64,000 bases of DNA from Octopus sinensis (taxonomy: Eukaryota): contig NC_043002.1 in assembly GCF_006345805.1 (NCBI RefSeq), forward strand, positions 86,304,001 through 86,368,000, read 5' to 3'. Under the pieces are notes generated by a model. It did no database searches. It was given only the letters and a program-made list of their open reading frames with translations, and had not been told where the DNA came from. The translations under genes and the position numbers were made by a program. Position 1 is the stretch's first letter; every line of letters begins with the position of its first letter. This document shows positions 56,490 through 64,000 of the stretch, piece by piece.

Positions 56490-57095
56490 TCAGGAGGCTC
56501 CCTGGAAGTAGTAGGTAATTTCTGTTACCAAGGTGACTAATTTAGCAGTGGAGGAGGATGTTCTAAGAGTATAGTTACTAGAAACCAAATTAGCTGGAGA
56601 AAGTTCAGAGAACTTTTACCTTTGTAACAAAAGGCCTCTCTCAGAATGAAAGGAAGAGTGTGTTATGCCTGTGTGCAAATAGCAATGCTACATGGCTGTG
56701 AAACTTGGGCTGTGAATGCAGAGGACATTCAAAGACTTGAAAGAAATGAAACAAGTACGCTCCACTGGATGTACAATGTCAGCATGCATGTACTGAGAAA
56801 AATTGAACATAGGTGGCATCAGATGTGGTGTTCAGGAGAGAAGATTGCACTGGTATGGTCATGTGATGTGAATGGCTGAGGACAGCTGTATAAAGAAGTG
56901 CTGATTACTAAACATGGAAGGAATATGTGGAAGAGGTAGACCTTTGAAGATGTGGGACAAAGTGGTGAAGCTTTCTGAAAAGCTCGAGATTTTCAGCTCT
57001 TCTGAAAAGCTCAAAATCTTGAGCGTTTCAGAGGAGATGATGGGGAATTGAGATAAATGGCGTTACACTCTACTTGAGAAGAACCATCCATCTTA
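56490..57095 (+). mobile_element. Degenerate RTE LINE 3' fragment
   Basis: LEVVGNFCY.GD...SWRKFRELLP...KGRVCYACVQIAMLHGCETWAVNAEDIQRLERNE. Confidence 0.8.
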
Positions 57096-58192
57096 GTAGA
57101 ATTGAGGCTCTGTTAAGCCTTTTCCCATAACTCATCTATTTTTCTTCCCTTTCTGCTACACTGAATTAATACTTTCAGCGTGGTCAATGCCAGTGCCACC
57201 TGACTAGCACCCATACTAGTGGCATGTAAAAAGCTCCATTCGAGCATGACTGAAGCCAGTGTCACCTGACTGGCACTTGTGCCGGTGGAACGTAAAAAGC
57301 ACCATTTGAGTATGACCAATGCTAGTGCCGCCTGACTGGTACTCATACCAGTGGCACATAAAAAACACCCACTACACTCTCGGAGTGGTTGACATTAGGA
57401 AGGACATCCAGCTGTAGAAACCTTGCCAGATCAGATTGGAGCCTGATGCAGCCTCCCAGCTTGCCAGGCCACAGTCAAACCACCCAACCCATGCCAGCAT
57501 AGAAAGTGGATGTTAAACGATGATGATGATGATGATGATGATTGCATCCAACTCAATCTCTATCTCTAATCATCTATCACTCTATTTTCACTTAATGTAC
57601 TCCCTGTTCTGTCTAATATCCATGTTGTAACTGGACTTCACATTACTTGCATTCTCTCTCTCTCTTTCACTCTCTCACTTTCCAGGTGGGGTAAGCCATG
57701 TGTTCAACTCTTCAGCAGGACTCCTGCTCCCTCTATCATAGTTTCTTATTCCTCTAGTCAATTTCTGCTCATTTGAAGGGTCTTATCTTGCAAGGTATTT
57801 GGTGACTTCACTGGAGCCACATAAAAAGCACCTAGTACACTCTGTGTAGTAGTTGGCACTAGGGAGGGCATCCAGCTGTAGAAACCCTGCCAAAGCCGGC
57901 AAAGAAACTGGCAGATCCCTCTGGCTCATCTGTTCTTATCAAACTGTCCCACCCATGCCTGTAGGAAAAAGGGGACTTTCAACAAGGTTGCCAATGCCAC
58001 TGCCAACGACATATATACCTTGTAGTATCTTACAATGAGACAATAATATGCATACAGCCAGCCATCACTTATGAGAAAGCATGACTTGACAGCATGTACC
58101 ATGTTCCTGTTAATTATTTTAGGTGCCTATTTAGTTGTGAGCTGACATAGACACGCTCTTGGCCCTTGCATCTTTGACCCAGAGGAGCTTCT

Positions 58193-58420
58193 TATTTCTT
58201 TACTGCCCACAAGGGGCTACACACAGAGGGGATAAACAAGGACAGACAAACAGATTAAGTCGATTATATCGATCCCAGTGCATAACTGGTACTTATTTAA
58301 TCAACCCCAAAAGGATGAAAGGCAAAGTCGACCTCGGCGGAATTTGAACTCAGAACGTAGCGGCAGATGAAATACCGCTAAGCATTTCATCCGGCGTGCT
58401 AACGATTCTGCCAGCTCACC
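58193..58420 (-). mobile_element. Deu/Nin-like SINE, 17-bp perfect TSD
   Basis: TSD GACCCAGAGGAGCTTCT at 58176-58192 and 58421-58437. Confidence 0.92.
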
Positions 58421-60079
58421 GACCCAGAGGAGCTTCTATGATGTAACAGTTGGTGAGAGAGAAAGCTGAACTAGCATATGACTGGTACTCATTTCAGCTG
58501 AGTAGACTGGAGTAACATGATATGAAGTACCTTGCTCAAAGACTAAATGCACTACTCAGTTCAGGAATTGAACCTATGATCTTATGAGTGCAAACCAAAT
58601 ACTAGACCATGTATCTTTGCATGAAGAAAACACTATATGTGCATGTATGTGTGAGTGTGTCACTTAAAAGTAGCTTTCCCACTGTGATTAAACAAATCTG
58701 ATATCAATAGATGTATTTAATATAAAATATCAAGATTGTCAATGAAACAAATAAGACTTCCTCTTTTGAAATATTCTCTATAGATTGAAGCAACCATTAA
58801 TCTTTTGAATAGAAAATAATCTCCCGGACAGCTGTGTCTTTGATCTAGTTTCAGTCTTGGAAGCAAGTCTTTCATATTATATACATCAATAATACACTTG
58901 AGTTAGGTATGGACTTTACAATTGCCATTATCGAACCCCCTGATGATAGAAGAAAAAGGAAGAAAAGCATGAGGATGAGGTGACCATCACCACTGTTCTC
59001 AGCATTACCATTGTCTTTCTTCTCTTTTTCCATTTTGTTTTTCTTTTAAGAACTTGTTTTAACAATATATTTTGATAATAATAACAATACTATAATAATA
59101 ATAGTAACTGTTTCATATTTTGACACAAGACCAGCAAATTCAGGGGAGGGGTTAAGTCAGTTACATTGATCCCCACTGGTCAACTGGTACTTATTTTATT
59201 AATTTCGAAAGGATGAACGGGTAAGTTGACCTCAGTGAAATATAATAATAATAATGACAACAAAAATAATTTCATAACAGCTATTTAATAATAATATTAA
59301 CAACATCGCTATTTTAATGTCTATTTGTTTCCATGCTCACATAATCATCATCATCATCGTTTAACGTCCACTTTCCATGTTAGCATGGGTTGGACGATTT
59401 TGACTGAGAGCTGGCGAACCAGATGGCTGCACCAGGCTCCACTCTTGATCTGGCAGAGTTTCTATAGCTGGATGCCCTTCCTAACGCCAACCACTCCAAG
59501 AGTGTAGTGGGTGCTTTTTACATGCCACCGGCACCAGTCAGAGGGTACTGGCAACAACCTCGCTTAAATCTTTTTACACGTGCCACCAGCACAGGTGCCA
59601 GTGAAGCGACATTGGTAACGATCACGCTCGAATGGTGCCCTTTTACTTACCCATGGCACGTAAAAGGGCACCATTCGATGAGTACAATGAAATTTGTCGA
59701 GGTGGATTCTCTACAGCCAAATGCCCTTTCTGTCGCCAAGCCTCACATATTTCCAAGTAAGGTAATATTTTCCCATTGCCAGATATGTCTTGGTTGATTG
59801 GAAGCAAAGAAAACTGCTTGCATGATGATCACACTCACTTTACAACTATCATGCAATGTTGCAGCAAGGAGACAGTAACACACACACACATTTATATACA
59901 ACAGGCTTCTTTCAGTTTCCATCTACCAAATCTACTCCTAAGGCTTTGGTCAGGGAGCCAGGATTATAGTCGAAGACAGTTGCCTTGCAATGGAACTGAA
60001 CTTTAAACCATGTCGTCGAGACAAACTTCTTACCTCATAGCCATGCCTGTACTTATAATATAGGTATGATATATATATA

Positions 60080-60690
<611 letters not shown>

Positions 60691-61216
60691 CTAATACATC
60701 TGTTTATTTTGTACACCACCTGTCTTCGTCTTTTGTTTTTTTCGTAAACTCTCCCAATATATATATATGTGTGTGTGTGTGTGTGTATCATCATCATCAT
60801 CATCAACATCATCATCGTTTTATGTCTTCTTTTCTTTGTTGACATGGGTTGGAAAGGTTTTGTAAGCTAGTGTTTTACTGTTAGATGGTCCTCCTCTTAG
60901 TTGTTTCTAATGATATACAGGGATACAATGTACCTATTCAGGATACTCACAGAATGTGTGTGTGTGTGTGTGTGCATAAAGGGAAAAAGACAATTTGGTC
61001 ACAAAATATTTAGTTACATCATCTTATGTGCATTTCATTAACAATGAAAATATCAGTTATATAAGAAAATTCTTATTAGCCAATTGCATTACTAAATCTT
61101 CAGAGATTGTGTGACTCTCGTTAGTAATCATTAGTATTCATGCTAGAATGGTGACAGCATTATCGCTACCACAACAACTGTGTGTGTGTGTGTGTGAGTG
61201 TGCGTGTGTGTGTGTG

Positions 61217-61253
<37 letters not shown>

Positions 61254-61500
61254 CATTTGTTTAACATACTAGCATGGGTTTGGACAGAAATTTGCTTGAG
61301 GTAGGATTTTATAAATGGATGTTCTTCCACTTGCTAACCCTTACCTGTTTTTCAATTAAGGGATATCCTATGTTGACATCAGTACCACTCTCTTCTCACA
61401 ATGATGAGCATGAAATATATTAACATTGATGCACATTCACACACACACACACACACACAGATACATTGGCACACACATACATACACATCAAAAACACATA

Positions 61501-62405
61501 TGAGGTGGTATCAGAACATCCCTGAACTAGTTCTGTAGTGCACCAACAGATGGCAGTAAACAGTTGTATGCATAGTGAATGCTAGCAGTGATCTTCATGA
61601 GGTGGTGTGCTGAATGACATTACTGTGTTTACTTCACAAATTGTGAAATTTGTGTTTTTTTGATCACATGTATGTTGTAATCTGTGATTTTGTCATGGAC
61701 AGGAACAAAGAGCCAACATAAAATTTTGCGTTAAACTTGGGAAGTCTGCTACAGAGAACTTGTGCATGCTCCAGCAATCTTACAGCTACAAGGCAATGGG
61801 TCATACATGATGTTTTGAGTGGCACAGGCACTTAGACAGCAGAAAAAACACCCTCCAGAAGATGAGCAACCTGGAAGACCTACCATGAGTGTCATCTCTG
61901 AAAAAGTGTTATTGTTCATCGAGAATTTGTCCCCCAGGGCCAGACCATCAATTGAGAGTTCTACTGTGACGTTTTGAAGCGTTTGAGGGAGGACATTTGG
62001 TGAAAACAACTGGATCTGTGGAGCATGAAGAATCCAATTCTTCATGACAACAATGCACCTTGTCACTGAGCTCTCCTCACTGGTGAGTTTCTCATCAAAA
62101 ACAACATGGTATCACTTCTACACTCATCCTATTCACCAGATATAGTACCTGTGGACTCCCATCTCTTCTCAAGATGAAGAGGTAGCTCAAATGTCATTGT
62201 TTTATCACCATTGTTGAGATCCAGAGTGAATCACAGAAGGTCCTTGACTTACTTACAGAAAACGACTTCCAGACCAGATTCTAAAAGTGACAGGAATGCT
62301 GGGCACAGTGAATTACTGCATAAGATGACTATTTTGAAAGAGATGATATTAAAACTTAATTTTTATTAAACATAACTAGTCCTGGAAATTTTTGACGCCA
62401 CCTTG
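61501..62405 (+). mobile_element. Internally deleted mariner, same family as 9550-10293, TA TSD
   Basis: TIRs tgaggtggtatcagaacatccctgaactagtt / aactagtcctggaaatttttgacgccaccttg; TA at 61499 and 62406. Confidence 0.85.
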
Positions 62406-63503
62406 TACATGTATAATATAGAGGGTTGAGATGCAAACTGCAGAAGAAGAATTATAATGCTTTTCAATTTGAAATAGTCTTAATTAAAACTACTCATTTG
62501 GAGAAAATGCTACTAGTGATATAAGTGTTCACCCAAACATTATCATACATAAGAATAGATAATTATAATTATGATTGCCAGTGAAGACGTTCGTTTAATG
62601 GTATGACCAGTGACCTATGCTTCTGTAAGGTTATATCAGTTAACTAAGAACTATAGCTATCAATATAATTTAATGCATTTAACTAAGAGCTACAGCTATC
62701 AATATAAAATTAATGCGTTTGGTCTTCAGGTATGATATATCTAAATGATTTATATCTTGTAAAGTATATCTGAAGAGTTGTCAGAGTTCAAAGCACTGCA
62801 AATATCCTATATAGATTAGTATTGATATGGTCTAGGATAAATATTCTGTCATTAAAATTTCTTATGCTGTAAGAAGAATGTATGTATTTGAAAGAGAATG
62901 TCTCATGGAGTCTGACAGATCATTCTTATTGATAAGCACATGCAATAAGAGAAATATTTGGACATTTTATTATAACAAAGAAATATTAAACCTTTAATTG
63001 CTCAAAGAGGAATTCTGTTAAATTTGTTCATTATTGATTAAATAAGGTTTTTTGGAGAGTAAATATTCCATTAGAATTAAATTTATAACATTTATATATT
63101 TGTTTTACAAGATTTTTGATGTGAAACCGTGTGTTGAAACAGACATTGTTGTATTTAGGAAAGGTCATTTTGCCAGTTTAGCCAATAAAAACACACGCAC
63201 TATATATTTGATGTTACTTCAGTGTTATTCATTTTTTACATTTATCTTAATCTTATTTCGGCCAGAGTTCTTTCGTCACATTCCTGTGACCTCATCAGTG
63301 GTCCTTTGCTTTCTTCTTTCTTATTTGTGTGTCTCTCCTTACTAACGGTCAGCCATTTTGTATTTTGTATTCCTATTGTATGTGTCTTCATTTGCGCATG
63401 CGTATACCTCTATATATGTATGTATGTATGTATGTATGTGTGTGTGTGTGTGTGTATATATGCATATATATATATATACATATATATATATATGTATATA
63501 TGC

Positions 63504-63540
<37 letters not shown>

Positions 63541-64000
63541 ATATATATTATGGGAAAAAACAGGTGTTGGTGGCAGGAAGGGCATCCAGTTGTAGAAAAT
63601 CTGCCTCATAAATTCTGCTGGTGGTGGTGATGATGATGGTGATGGTGGTGATGGTGGTGGTGGTAATGATGATGTTGATGGTGATGGTGATGATGATGAT
63701 GATGATGATGATAATGATGGTTATGGTGATGGTGATGGTGATGATGGTGATGGTGATGATGATGATGATGATGATGTATTGGTCTCTTGATGTCTAAATT
63801 ATATCAGAGCACTATTTGTACTTCAAAGTTCAGATAATAAATAGATGGTTGGTATGTTTTCCAATTCAGACTCTCATCAATTCGAACTACTACGTATTCA
63901 GCTATTTGTTATGCTGGTGCTTCTTTCCATGAGGATGATTCATTGACTTTAAATGTTCCTGTTTATTGCGATATGAGACACATGTTTACCCTGTTTGTAC

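Noticed and set aside
58784-58819. Candidate exon 10 or terminal exon (IEATINLLNRK*)
   Set aside because: Good acceptor and correct phase, but it stops after 11 codons, has no donor, and shows no convincing similarity to the expected continuation.

Overview
AT-rich, microsatellite-dense eukaryotic DNA. The SINE/MITE repertoire points to a coleoid cephalopod, most likely Octopus (inference). One protein-coding gene can be reconstructed on the + strand from nine small, phase-compatible GT-AG exons (11638-55059, 277 codons, open at the 3' end). It encodes a coiled-coil protein resembling CCDC175 and is preceded by two RFX X-box-like motifs. The supplied ORF track shows almost none of this gene; most listed ORFs are microsatellite or repeat translations. 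The rest of the window is transposon-derived: several tRNA-derived SINE families, an RTE-tailed repeat family, mariner, hAT, piggyBac-like, pogo-like and Merlin-like DNA elements, a Helitron/DINE-like element, and fragments of RTE, CRE, R4/Dong-type and Penelope-like retroelements. The most notable observations are: (1) a TSD-flanked 128-bp-arm palindrome in intron 1 carrying on each strand a minimal hammerhead-ribozyme-like motif with a swapped G3-C8 core pair; (2) a Penelope-like GIY-YIG element with about 550-bp inverted pseudo-LTRs in intron 6; (3) a CpG-rich promoter-like island inside intron 3; (4) divergent tRNA-like cassettes embedded in DNA-transposon sequence. No database searches were run; family assignments rest on motifs and recalled consensus sequences.
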